IMG/VR virus record: IMGVR_UViG_3300030329_003597
Span: 2,676 to 66,675 of that record
DNA: 64,000 nucleotides
Reading direction: 5' to 3' (one strand)
Source: a virus
A program made the position numbers and the translations under genes. Below, piece after piece: positions 47,021 through 56,536 of this stretch (its first letter is position 1; each line of letters begins with the position of its first letter). The notes beneath the pieces are model-generated. The model was not told where the DNA came from. It searched no databases and saw only the letters and a list, made by a program, of their open reading frames with translations.

Positions 47021-49236
47021 TGATTCGCAAGCTACTGACAATCACTCTATTAGCCTTACTTACTTTAAGTAATGCTTTTGCTCAACCAGATGATGCTAGT
47101 TGGGTAAATGTAACAATACAGACAGACAACTATGGTGGTGAATCATCGTGGGAGATCTTAAATAATGATAATATAGCAGTAGCAGTTAGTCCACCACTTC
47201 AAAACAATACTCTCGTTAACACAATGGTTTTTTTACCTGCTGGTGAGTATGTATTTGTTATGTATGATTCGTTTGGTGACGGTATATGCTGTTCCTTTGG
47301 GCAAGGCTTCTTTGGGTTAACAAACACTTGTGGGTTAGAAGAATTTAACTATGAATTTGATTCAGCTATAGATAGTATACCATTTGTATTAGAACCTTGT
47401 TTACCAGTATTGCTTGGCTGCATGAACGAAGCTGCGGACAACTACAACCCATGGGCTAATCAAGATGACGGTAGTTGTGAAATCGTTGATTGCGACTCTC
47501 TCGAAACTCAAGTGTCTATGGAGTTAACGCTCGATACATGGCCTGGTGAAACTGGATTTACATTAGTTAATATAGCTAATGGTCAACCGTATGAACAGGT
47601 TATACCTGGTGAGTTTGATTTTGGTGATCAGCTCATTACATACACCTATAACTTTTGTGTGTCGCTAGGTTTTGAATTAATATTGGTGGACGAATATGGT
47701 GACGGATTAAACGGCTCTACTTCAGGAGGAGAAGATGGGGCTTGTGTTATAACTGCCTGTGATAGTGTTATATGGGAGTTAGAAGATTTAGCTTTCACAG
47801 AGTTCGATGATGGTAATACGATGTATTCTGGCGCTATTTTTACAGAGCCTTGTCCACCTGTACCTCCTATAGTGGGGTGTATGGATGATGATTATGTAGA
47901 CTATAACCCTGATGCAACAGCTCAAGACACCTGTATGACATTACACACATGGGGTTGCACAGATCCAGAAGCCATGAATTACGATAGTACTGCAACAATA
48001 GACGACCTAAATAGTCCTTGTAGTATACAGATTATTCTAGAAGATGATGCTGGTGATGGATGGGGCATGTCTGGGATAGGTATGAAGCAAGGTGATCAAC
48101 AATGGTTATTTACTGTAGGTCCTGGCGTATTTTTAGAGTCGTGGGATATTATGCTTGATTCAGACGAGGAGGTGGATATATATTATTTCCAAGATGGAGG
48201 TCAACAATCATCTGCTCAAGAGTTAGCATTCCAAACATTGCATAACTCTGTATATGCAATTAATCAAGCTGGGGATACTTTATTATCTGAAGGTTCTAAT
48301 CCATTCTTAAATAATGGTCAAAGCGCTTTACAACCATTTAGCGCACCAGAATGGAAAGTGTATCATTTCACTCCGTATTGTGGAGATAGCTGCATACCTT
48401 ATATATACGGCTGCACAGATGATACTGCTTGTAACTACGATGCTGAAGCTAATACAAATGTTGATTGCAACTATCCAGTACAGTATTACGACTGCAATAA
48501 CAGCTGTGTTAATGATTATGATGGAGACGGAGTGTGCGATGAGTTAGAGGTAGTAGGTTGTCAAGATCCGACTGCATTTAACTATAACTCAGCAGCTACA
48601 GATCCTGGAGAGTGTATCCCAGTGATATTTGGCTGTACTGATCCTACTCAGTTTAACTACAACCCAGATGCTAACACAGAAAACGGAAATTGTATACCTT
48701 TTATATACGGTTGTATGAATCCAGATGCATTTAACTACAATCCAGATGCCAACACAGAACTTGAAGACTCTTGCATTGAAGTAGTGGTTGATTGCATGGA
48801 CCCTAACGCATTTAATTATAACGAATTAGCCAACACTCCTGATGAAGAAGCTTGCCTATATGATGCTGGATGTATTACAGGGCCTGGTAATCCGTATTGG
48901 TACAACGATGGGTGCTATGCATGGATTATAGATATTGATCCATACTGTTGTGAAGTAGGTTGGGATGATACATGTGCAGAGTTATACTCATATTGCGAGC
49001 AAGGTTGGCCACAAGGTGTATATGATATACATGATGTATATAATGTATATCCTAATCCTGTGGATGATATACTTTACATTCAATCTCCAATAAATACAGA
49101 AGCTATTATATATAATTCTTTAGGGCAGATTGTTGTATCTTCTACTAAGGAAAAAAGAATTGACATGACTCATTTACCCAATGGTATATACAATGTTGTC
49201 ATTAATCATATAAATAAAATAATAATTAAATCATGA
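47020..49236 (+). CDS. secreted Cys-rich repeat protein with T9SS type A C-terminal sorting domain
   Basis: Sec signal peptide; about eight GC(T/M)DPxAxNY repeats; C-terminal VYPNPV...YNSLGQ...LPNGIY...KIIIK. Confidence 0.88.
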   Translation: MIRKLLTITLLALLTLSNAFAQPDDASWVNVTIQTDNYGGESSWEILNNDNIAVAVSPPLQNNTLVNTMVFLPAGEYVFVMYDSFGDGICCSFGQGFFGLTNTCGLEEFNYEFDSAIDSIPFVLEPCLPVLLGCMNEAADNYNPWANQDDGSCEIVDCDSLETQVSMELTLDTWPGETGFTLVNIANGQPYEQVIPGEFDFGDQLITYTYNFCVSLGFELILVDEYGDGLNGSTSGGEDGACVITACDSVIWELEDLAFTEFDDGNTMYSGAIFTEPCPPVPPIVGCMDDDYVDYNPDATAQDTCMTLHTWGCTDPEAMNYDSTATIDDLNSPCSIQIILEDDAGDGWGMSGIGMKQGDQQWLFTVGPGVFLESWDIMLDSDEEVDIYYFQDGGQQSSAQELAFQTLHNSVYAINQAGDTLLSEGSNPFLNNGQSALQPFSAPEWKVYHFTPYCGDSCIPYIYGCTDDTACNYDAEANTNVDCNYPVQYYDCNNSCVNDYDGDGVCDELEVVGCQDPTAFNYNSAATDPGECIPVIFGCTDPTQFNYNPDANTENGNCIPFIYGCMNPDAFNYNPDANTELEDSCIEVVVDCMDPNAFNYNELANTPDEEACLYDAGCITGPGNPYWYNDGCYAWIIDIDPYCCEVGWDDTCAELYSYCEQGWPQGVYDIHDVYNVYPNPVDDILYIQSPINTEAIIYNSLGQIVVSSTKEKRIDMTHLPNGIYNVVINHINKIIIKS

Positions 49237-49433
49237 GTTACAAAACAAACAAAACAACTAAAAAACGTATTGATAAGCTTTTAACTAAGAATGCTCAATA
49301 CCAAGCTGCAAATGTCTGCGTGACAAACAGTAAGACAAAGAGGCAAGAAATTAATAGGTATTGTCGTGTTAATTTTATCAATCCTATTAAAGATATAGAT
49401 TTAGAATTTTATAACCGTGTAATTTTAGCGTAA
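49233..49433 (+). CDS. small basic hypothetical protein
   Basis: 66 aa; translationally coupled. Confidence 0.7.
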   Translation: MSYKTNKTTKKRIDKLLTKNAQYQAANVCVTNSKTKRQEINRYCRVNFINPIKDIDLEFYNRVILA

Positions 49434-49615
49434 TGAAAATAGATTGGATAAACAGCTGGAACGCTGGAAACAAAAAAGAGAAGTATGAGATTAATTTAAG
49501 ATTAGGCACAGTGACTGTGCTTGAAATTTCATTTTGTCCATGCCCTAGTTGTGAAACAAAAGGACATTGTAAGAGATTTAGATTTATGATTTTAAACTTT
49601 GGATTCGAGCTGTGA
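49433..49615 (+). CDS. small protein with CPCPSC motif
   Basis: 60 aa; coupled; ends ILNFGFEL. Confidence 0.7.
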   Translation: MKIDWINSWNAGNKKEKYEINLRLGTVTVLEISFCPCPSCETKGHCKRFRFMILNFGFEL

Positions 49616-50685
49616 TGGTAGAACGAAAGGATCTTACTCCAGTTGTATATGCTCTAATAATGCTAGGGGTGTTTCTTCTTGCATCATTTACAGCCAATGG
49701 ACAAACTCTAAAAAAGACGTTTAAGTTTGCTACATTCTATACTGCCTTCAGTGGTGGTAACTCCATAGCTGATGATAACATATACTCTGTAACTAATGGG
49801 TTACAGACTGATGTATTAGAAACTCCTTTCGATTATTCGTTTACAGCTGGTGTTCGTAAGATTGCTAGGTTTGGGTATGAGAACCGAGCTAATGTATTCT
49901 ATGATGGAACAGAGAAGTCTTATAGCGATGCTGCTACCATTGGTAAAGTAAAAGGGTTTGAATTCTTATTTGAAGCTGACTGGCGTAGACAACAAGGCAG
50001 AAACTTTATTGATCAGGATTATTTCTTACGTTATGTAGCTAAAAACTGGATAGCTAAGGTTGAATATCTACAAGATGGGTTTGCCGATGTTGAGTATTTT
50101 GAGGGATCCCAAAGGCTTCGACTCAATGCTAATGATAAACTTAGCTTTAATATTGGGGTGGCTCAACGTATATCTGAACCATATGGGTATAATCCTTTAG
50201 AAGAATGGGTGTTGTCAAATAATAACATACACTATACAAGTCTTGCTATACAAGAGGGGTATACTGTAGATGTACAAGCTGGTGAATATTTCTCTCCAGA
50301 CGGTGAGCTTGTAGCTAATAGTGTTGATGTATGGGAGCAGGTTGTTATACCTGAAGTTATTGATGATTATGTTGCTAGAAAAAGAAATGAACTACCTAAT
50401 GTATGGAACTATTCTGTAGTTGTTGGGTATGATTACTATAAGTATTCTAAAGAATTTTGGATGCACAATTGGGTAAGTGTAATGCCTTATCATCTTAAGA
50501 CAGATGACGAGTATTCTTACTTTGAAACCACCGAAGGGGGGCAATGGCTAGATTACGGCGCAGGCCTTATCTTTGGGTGGAGATTAAACAAGAGTCTTGG
50601 TGTGTTTTTAGAGGGAAAATACAATAAGTATTGGAATCGAGAATGGCATGACTTCTCAGTTGGATTAAATTACGTAATATTATAA
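49612..50685 (+). CDS. putative outer-membrane beta-barrel protein
   Basis: Signal peptide ending ANG; alternating aromatic beta strands; terminal strand FSVGLNYVIL. Confidence 0.7.
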   Translation: MMVERKDLTPVVYALIMLGVFLLASFTANGQTLKKTFKFATFYTAFSGGNSIADDNIYSVTNGLQTDVLETPFDYSFTAGVRKIARFGYENRANVFYDGTEKSYSDAATIGKVKGFEFLFEADWRRQQGRNFIDQDYFLRYVAKNWIAKVEYLQDGFADVEYFEGSQRLRLNANDKLSFNIGVAQRISEPYGYNPLEEWVLSNNNIHYTSLAIQEGYTVDVQAGEYFSPDGELVANSVDVWEQVVIPEVIDDYVARKRNELPNVWNYSVVVGYDYYKYSKEFWMHNWVSVMPYHLKTDDEYSYFETTEGGQWLDYGAGLIFGWRLNKSLGVFLEGKYNKYWNREWHDFSVGLNYVIL

Positions 50686-50687
50686 AA

Positions 50688-50972
50688 ATGGCAAAGCAGA
50701 TTGGAGAGGATACTAAAGTAACATTTGACCTTAAAACAATAGGGTTGGGTGTAGCAGGGCTTGCAGCCTTAATAGGAATGTGGTTTACGCTACAAGCTGA
50801 TATAGCAGAAGCAAAAGAGTTGCCAGAGCCATTGCCTCCAGACATTACACGTATGGAGTTTGATATGAAGGACCAGCTAGTACGTCAAACAATTATGACA
50901 ACTCAAGAAGATGTATCAGAACTTAAAGAAGATCTAGATCGTATTGAGGAAAAAATAGATAAACTACAGTAA
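50688..50972 (+). CDS. single-pass membrane protein with coiled coil
   Basis: Transmembrane IGLGVAGLAALIGMWF, Pro-rich linker, C-terminal heptads. Confidence 0.75.
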   Translation: MAKQIGEDTKVTFDLKTIGLGVAGLAALIGMWFTLQADIAEAKELPEPLPPDITRMEFDMKDQLVRQTIMTTQEDVSELKEDLDRIEEKIDKLQ

Positions 50973-50974
50973 TT

Positions 50975-51370
50975 ATGAAGCCATTAAAAAGAAAAAAACT
51001 TACAGAAGAAAAAAACGTGCCAATAGGCATTACTGAATTTAAGAAAGGTGATAAAACAACTGAGTATGTGAAGAGTGTTCAACCTGGTAAAGTCCTTAAA
51101 AAGAAATATAAAAAAGGCAAACCAGCAAAATCAAAATATATATCAGAAAAGAAAGCTGAACGTCAGATAAAGCGTAAAAGAAGAAGAGCAGCAAAAGATG
51201 AGTACGGGGGAAGACATTATAGGCTCAGGAAAAAAGCAAAGAAGTTAGAGGATAAGGCTATGAACTTCCCTGGCGAAAAACAAGTATCTAAGAAAAGGTC
51301 TGAGAAACTAATGACAAAAGCTCAAACAAAACGTCAAAAAGCTAGGGATATTAGGGCAAAGAAAAGTTAA
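50975..51370 (+). CDS. highly basic protein
   Basis: 131 aa, very K/R-rich; contains EYGG. Confidence 0.65.
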   Translation: MKPLKRKKLTEEKNVPIGITEFKKGDKTTEYVKSVQPGKVLKKKYKKGKPAKSKYISEKKAERQIKRKRRRAAKDEYGGRHYRLRKKAKKLEDKAMNFPGEKQVSKKRSEKLMTKAQTKRQKARDIRAKKS

Positions 51371-51382
51371 ATAATTTAATAA

Positions 51383-51721
51383 ATGAAACATTTAATCTAC
51401 ATATGTTTATTTGCAATGACATCTCTTGGTATGACTATACCAGATTCAGGAGTATGCGTCGTTGAGTTTAACGCAAGTTTTAACTCAGCAAATAGTGTTG
51501 ATTGGATTGATGAGTTGAGTGATTGTAAAGGGAAGAGGGTGGATATTGTTGCTAGCCCTGAATTACAAAAAGAACATAAAATTGTAGTAGTACCTACTGT
51601 TATCGTGTTTAACGATGGGGAAGAGGTGGAGAGATTTCAAGCAAACATCATGATGCAGCTTGAAGCAACGAAAGATGAGGTTCAGGAAGCGGTTGATGAA
51701 ATTATAATGAGTGCATTCTAA
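51383..51721 (+). CDS. exported thioredoxin-fold protein lacking CxxC
   Basis: VVEFNASFNSAN in place of VDFxAxWCxxC; VVPTVIVFNDGEEVERF; N-terminal signal. Confidence 0.75.
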   Translation: MKHLIYICLFAMTSLGMTIPDSGVCVVEFNASFNSANSVDWIDELSDCKGKRVDIVASPELQKEHKIVVVPTVIVFNDGEEVERFQANIMMQLEATKDEVQEAVDEIIMSAF

Positions 51722-52074
51722 TGAGGGCAATTAAAGGAAGAAATCCTGAGCTGATAAGTCAAGCTGATATAGACAAAATTAAAGGGTGGAGGACATCTCA
51801 TAGAGACAATCCAGGTGGTGGTCGTTCTACTCATCTTATGGCTAGTTCAGATAATTTAGTTTTCCCTACGTTATTTCAGGAGGATGATGGATCGTGGACA
51901 GAGTATGAAAAAGATGAATGGAGAGAGGCTCTTGAAAGGGCTAAAAGAGAAGGTACGGTTCATAAAGCAGCAAACCCACAAGCTGCTAATCTTATAGCTG
52001 AGGGAGCATGGAAAGGACTACATACTGAAGGCGGATTAATGGATGTTTTAAGTGAATGGGGTAGAAACAGATGA
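51721..52074 (+). CDS. hypothetical protein, putative cargo
   Basis: 117 aa; STHLMA...VFPTLF...AEGAWK. Confidence 0.7.
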   Translation: MRAIKGRNPELISQADIDKIKGWRTSHRDNPGGGRSTHLMASSDNLVFPTLFQEDDGSWTEYEKDEWREALERAKREGTVHKAANPQAANLIAEGAWKGLHTEGGLMDVLSEWGRNR

Positions 52075-54038
52075 ACACGGTTAAGAAAAAAAAAGGCACT
52101 AGAGTTAGGAAGCTAGCTAATGGAGGTAACGGGAATGGCAACGGCGATCCAGTAAAAGAAACTACAGCAACACCCCCTCAAATTATTTATGCTGATTATG
52201 ACGAAGATGTTATAGTTCCAGAAGGTGCTACAGTAGTTCGAACAAACAAACCTCCTGAACCAGGATCTTTTGAGAGTGTATTAAATGATCCATACCTAAC
52301 ACAATATGGTGGCTCAAATTACCAAAGCACACCTTTGGTTGATCTTACTCTTGCTCTTGGCGCATACGGTTTAGGAAGTGCCTTGCCAGCGATTGGAGAA
52401 GGTTTGGCAGCAAGTTGGAGAGGATTAACTGGGGTTGGAGAGAGTGTGTATAGCACTCTTAGTGGGCCTTTTAGTACGGTATTTAGATCACCTTTAGTAA
52501 ACCCAGTAACAGGGAATCCTGTAGCTGGCGGTGCAATAACTGGGGAAGGTTTAATTAACTCATACTTCGCAGCACACGGGGCTATGAACTTGCCTGGGGA
52601 TATAAAGGCCTTTATTGATGACCCTTCATGGGAGGCTGCAGGCGATATTGGGATAGATGTACTTGAGATGCTTCCTGTTGCTATAGACTACTTCCTGCCA
52701 AAATTCTATAGTGCTGTAAAAAATACAGTATCCGCCGAGTCTAAAACCGCTACCGCTGAAACACCCGTAATATCTCTTGAGTCTTCTACTACAGGTGCAA
52801 GGGGAACAGATGCGGTTTTAAATGCTTTAAGAGAACAGGAGTTAAAAAGAATATATACCTCTCATTTCGCTGATCAAGTAAAAGGTGTAAAAGCAAGAGG
52901 TGCTGCAGGTATATTAACTGAAGCAGAAGTTGAGGCAGAAATAGCTACAGTTCTTGCATATCAAAACGAATATCTATCTCACCCAAGATTTTTACAAAAA
53001 TTAGAAGAGGCACAAAAGATTGCGGAGCTTCAAACTCAAGTTATACCTGGAACAAAAATACTCACCCCTCAAGCTAATGCTGCTATAGCTGAGTTTGGGG
53101 GCGTTAGTAAGTTTGGCTTTATGGGTGAGGTAAAAGTTGCAGAAGGTGTTTATGAATGGCAATTAATCCCCTTTGCTGACGCAAAAACTACAGCATTTAA
53201 AATGGTTGAGGAAATGCAGAAGGGTGATGATGTTTTGAGAAATGCAATAGGTAGAGCTAAAGATGAAATATTTACAACTTATATAGATCCAGCAACAGGT
53301 GTATTACAAAAACAAGAAGCAAGAGGTCTGTACACAGCAGGAGGGGAAGCAGTTCAAGGTGAGGGTATGGCTTTTGATGCTGCTGAAATAGCGTATCTAA
53401 ACACACTAAGCCCAGAAGACCTTCTTAAGGTTTTAGCTCACGAAGATAATCACGCTAGATTAATACCATTTTTAGAGTTCACCTTAAATACTTATAACAC
53501 AAGAAGGTTTACTTATTTAGATGATATTTATATCCCACCTGGTGGTAGAGCTGCTACAGACGGTTCTATTAAACCAGGAACGGAGTTGTTTAAAATCTTT
53601 ATGAACCCAAGAATAGGTCTTTCTGAAAGAAATTTAACATACCTGGCGGATGAGGCAGAGTTAGCTGCAAGAATGGGGGAGATAAAAATTAATTGGTGGG
53701 AACAGCAAATGAAAGCTGGGGAAGCTGGATTGTCTATGGATGAGTGGATGTACAATTGGACTCCAGACATGGCTAGGAAAGCATATGAATTGTGGGATCC
53801 AACGGGTGGACATTCACTATGGTTGGTTATTAAAGGAGCTAATGAAAAAGAAAAGTTTCAAAATATAACAAATCTTCTTAATAATTTACTTACACCTTCT
53901 GTGCCCATAGCTGTTGCTGGTGGTATAGGTGTAGCAGCTACGTCTACTGAGGCTGCTATAGAAGAAGCCCCCACGAGTAACAAACGTGGAGGCTTCATAT
54001 CAAAGAAAAAAAGACGTAAAGGCTATAGATTAATTTAA
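52071..54038 (+). CDS. putative virion cargo protein with zincin metallopeptidase motif
   Basis: AHEDNH (HExxH) plus downstream YL...E..AR; GG tags at both termini. Confidence 0.65.
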   Translation: MNTVKKKKGTRVRKLANGGNGNGNGDPVKETTATPPQIIYADYDEDVIVPEGATVVRTNKPPEPGSFESVLNDPYLTQYGGSNYQSTPLVDLTLALGAYGLGSALPAIGEGLAASWRGLTGVGESVYSTLSGPFSTVFRSPLVNPVTGNPVAGGAITGEGLINSYFAAHGAMNLPGDIKAFIDDPSWEAAGDIGIDVLEMLPVAIDYFLPKFYSAVKNTVSAESKTATAETPVISLESSTTGARGTDAVLNALREQELKRIYTSHFADQVKGVKARGAAGILTEAEVEAEIATVLAYQNEYLSHPRFLQKLEEAQKIAELQTQVIPGTKILTPQANAAIAEFGGVSKFGFMGEVKVAEGVYEWQLIPFADAKTTAFKMVEEMQKGDDVLRNAIGRAKDEIFTTYIDPATGVLQKQEARGLYTAGGEAVQGEGMAFDAAEIAYLNTLSPEDLLKVLAHEDNHARLIPFLEFTLNTYNTRRFTYLDDIYIPPGGRAATDGSIKPGTELFKIFMNPRIGLSERNLTYLADEAELAARMGEIKINWWEQQMKAGEAGLSMDEWMYNWTPDMARKAYELWDPTGGHSLWLVIKGANEKEKFQNITNLLNNLLTPSVPIAVAGGIGVAATSTEAAIEEAPTSNKRGGFISKKKRRKGYRLI

Positions 54039-54899
54039 GTAGCTTAATAATAATTTGTGACGACTTGAGTGCTTGAGTCGCTTCAAAGCACGGTCACGTA
54101 TTTGCCTTACTCTCTCGGAAGAGAGATCAATCATCTCTGATATTTCTTCTAATGTCTGAGGGTGTTCAATACCTATACCAAAATAAAGCTGTAAGATTCT
54201 AGACTCTCTAGGGGTAAGGCCTCTTAAAGCTGATTGCACTTCTTGCTTTAGACTTTCATCAACTAATCCTTGATCAGGATCATCAAGTGATGTATCCGCC
54301 ATAAAATCCCCTATCTTACTTGACTTATCTTCATCGCTACTTGCAGGCGCATCTAAACTCATGTGTCTGTTAGCATTTTCGAGAATTATTTTAACATCTT
54401 TAGCCGTCATGTCTAACTCGGCAGCTATCTCTAAAATCGTTGGGGCTCTCTCAAGGTTCTGCTCTAGAGACGCATAGATTCTTTTAATTTTTATTAAAGA
54501 TCCTATTTTGTTTTGAGGCAGCCTCACCAACCTTGCGTGATCGGAAAGCGCAGATAATATATTTTGTCTCACCCACCATACGGCATAAGATATAAACTTA
54601 AAACCACGAGTCTCATCAAACCTTTGGGCTGCACGAATCAATCCCAGATTACCTTCACTAATTAAGTCAGGTAGGCTAAGTCCTTGATTTTGATACTGTT
54701 TAGCAACAGAAACAACGAATCTTAAGTTCGCTCTAGTTAACTTATCTAGTGCCTGCTTGTCCCCATTACGTATCCTTCTAGCTAATTCCGTCTCCTGATT
54801 TATATCAACCATATCCTCCTTAGATACGTCTGATAAATATCTATCAAGGCTAGGTTGTGACCTGTCAGTTATTTGCTGTGTAATTTTAAGCTGTCTCAT
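54030..54899 (-). CDS. rpoD: sigma-70 factor of the Bacteroidota primary (RpoD/SigA) type
   Basis: MRQLKIT start, ANLRFVVSVAKQY, FDETRGFKFISYAVWW, region 4 TLEEI...ERVRQI; no region 1.1, as in Bacteroidota. Confidence 0.93.
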   Translation of the reverse strand: MRQLKITQQITDRSQPSLDRYLSDVSKEDMVDINQETELARRIRNGDKQALDKLTRANLRFVVSVAKQYQNQGLSLPDLISEGNLGLIRAAQRFDETRGFKFISYAVWWVRQNILSALSDHARLVRLPQNKIGSLIKIKRIYASLEQNLERAPTILEIAAELDMTAKDVKIILENANRHMSLDAPASSDEDKSSKIGDFMADTSLDDPDQGLVDESLKQEVQSALRGLTPRESRILQLYFGIGIEHPQTLEEISEMIDLSSERVRQIRDRALKRLKHSSRHKLLLSYLN

Positions 54900-55332
54900 T
54901 TGCTGTTTCTCTTTCTAACTTTTTTAATAATCTTTTCTTAGTTAATTTAAGTGTATTAATTCTTGAATCAATTGAATCTAATTGAGTCCTTAATAAGTAA
55001 TCTTCAAGTATGTTATCTACTATATCTTTAACTACCTTATATGTGTCAGCATATCCTGGCCAATAGTCTAGGTTTGGAAAATGCTTTCCCGTGTAATAAC
55101 TACAGGTAGACCTATCTACACCTATAGCATCACCTATCTCCATTGTAGTGCAATAAGGTGTAAGAGCTACACCTATAGCTGCTCTAACTTGTACGTGATG
55201 CCGTACACGAGATTTACTTCTCACAATACCTAAGGTTTCATATACCTCAGTTACTGCTTGAGTTATAGCGTCTGTTCTTTTCATTTTATTAAATTTTATT
55301 TTTTGACAGTTTGTTACATAATATATCTTCAT
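54886..55332 (-). CDS. HTH protein, DnaA C-terminal-like
   Basis: KSRVR..VQVR...TTMEIGDAIGVDRST; start may be the internal MKRTD. Confidence 0.55.
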   Translation of the reverse strand: MKIYYVTNCQKIKFNKMKRTDAITQAVTEVYETLGIVRSKSRVRHHVQVRAAIGVALTPYCTTMEIGDAIGVDRSTCSYYTGKHFPNLDYWPGYADTYKVVKDIVDNILEDYLLRTQLDSIDSRINTLKLTKKRLLKKLERETANETA

Positions 55333-55348
55333 AAAATGAAGAGATATA

Positions 55349-55870
55349 TTATATAACTAACCTCTCTTCTGTATCTGGATGGATGTAAGATTTTTTGTAA
55401 TTTATTATCTCGCAACTTTTTAATTGAAGTAAATCATTTAATACGAGCATAGTTATTTTATCTTTTCTATCCTTCCGTTGATATATTTTTTTGTATGCGT
55501 CTTTTTTATATAAGACGTAATCGTTAAAGTCTACGTTGCCTAAACACCAATCTAAAAGTTCTTTTCTTTCTACACGCACGAACCCCCCTACCTCACATAT
55601 TTCAAAAGCTATCCATTTTGCTTCACCTAATAGCCATCCGAGATCACCATGCACGTTTCTAAACTCCACCCATATTTCATCAGGTAAATTATTACCTTTT
55701 ACATCAACACCATCAGGCCCATGCCAAAAATCTACATGAAGCTCTATATCTTCATCACGGGTAGACTTATTTATACCGCTAAATATTCTTGCATATCTAG
55801 TAGCACAAACTCCACCATCTTTCCAAGACTGCTTTCGCCTCTCGTTAAAAAGGTTGTTTATATTGCTCAT
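55349..55870 (-). CDS. PD-(D/E)xK nuclease-like protein
   Basis: HVDFW...VDVKG...IWVEF...GWLLGEA. Confidence 0.6.
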   Translation of the reverse strand: MSNINNLFNERRKQSWKDGGVCATRYARIFSGINKSTRDEDIELHVDFWHGPDGVDVKGNNLPDEIWVEFRNVHGDLGWLLGEAKWIAFEICEVGGFVRVERKELLDWCLGNVDFNDYVLYKKDAYKKIYQRKDRKDKITMLVLNDLLQLKSCEIINYKKSYIHPDTEERLVI

Positions 55871-56072
55871 ATTCTTTTGAGATTTCTTTAATTAGATCTA
55901 ATTCAGTATTTACCCAAACTCTAAAGTCCTTTATATTACTCATTACATCTTCAATCTCAGTAAGAATATCAGAACCATCTTCACTATAAAGGCTTTCATG
56001 CAAAGTGCTTGTTGCTTGGTGAATTCTTTCACATGCCTCCATATAGAAAACGCTTACTTCCTTCTCAGTCAT
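55845..56072 (-). CDS. hypothetical protein
   Basis: 75 aa helical ORF. Confidence 0.7.
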   Translation of the reverse strand: MTEKEVSVFYMEACERIHQATSTLHESLYSEDGSDILTEIEDVMSNIKDFRVWVNTELDLIKEISKEYEQYKQPF

Positions 56073-56517
56073 TATCTATAGATTTTTTTATCTCTTGTAT
56101 TGCTTGATCTACTTGTAGTCTGTTTTTAGCTAAGTAAACTTCACAATCCATTTCGTTATCCATGATGTACTTCAGAAAAAGCTTCCAACGCATAGGGAAA
56201 TCATGATGCGACGGTAAGTAACCTTTTGTTTCTATAATCCAGGTAGAATCCTTACAAACAAAATCAGGTGTGTATCGTATAGGGTGTTGAATTGAATTGG
56301 TCCTATCAGACATGTCCTTTTTTTTGTTTGTCATCTTAAAATACTTATGCTCAAACCTAAAGGATTCCACTAAAGTAAATTGTTCTTCTTCATATGAAAA
56401 ACCTATACCATGTTGACGCAGTTGATCCGCACAATACTTTTCAATTGATGACTTATACTTTCCTAGTTGTTTTTTTTTAGATTTAGAAGTTCTCTTATTC
56501 CTTTTCTTTCTCATCAA
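56065..56517 (-). CDS. T7 endonuclease I-like Holliday junction resolvase
   Basis: YKSSIE...YE...YTPDF...IIETKG. Confidence 0.8.
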   Translation of the reverse strand: MMRKKRNKRTSKSKKKQLGKYKSSIEKYCADQLRQHGIGFSYEEEQFTLVESFRFEHKYFKMTNKKKDMSDRTNSIQHPIRYTPDFVCKDSTWIIETKGYLPSHHDFPMRWKLFLKYIMDNEMDCEVYLAKNRLQVDQAIQEIKKSIDND

Positions 56518-56536
56518 GAGTAAAGTTACTCTATAA

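Noticed and set aside
16361-53770. Many short antisense ORFs within structural genes
   Set aside because: Expected by-products of codon bias on the coding strand; no independent signals
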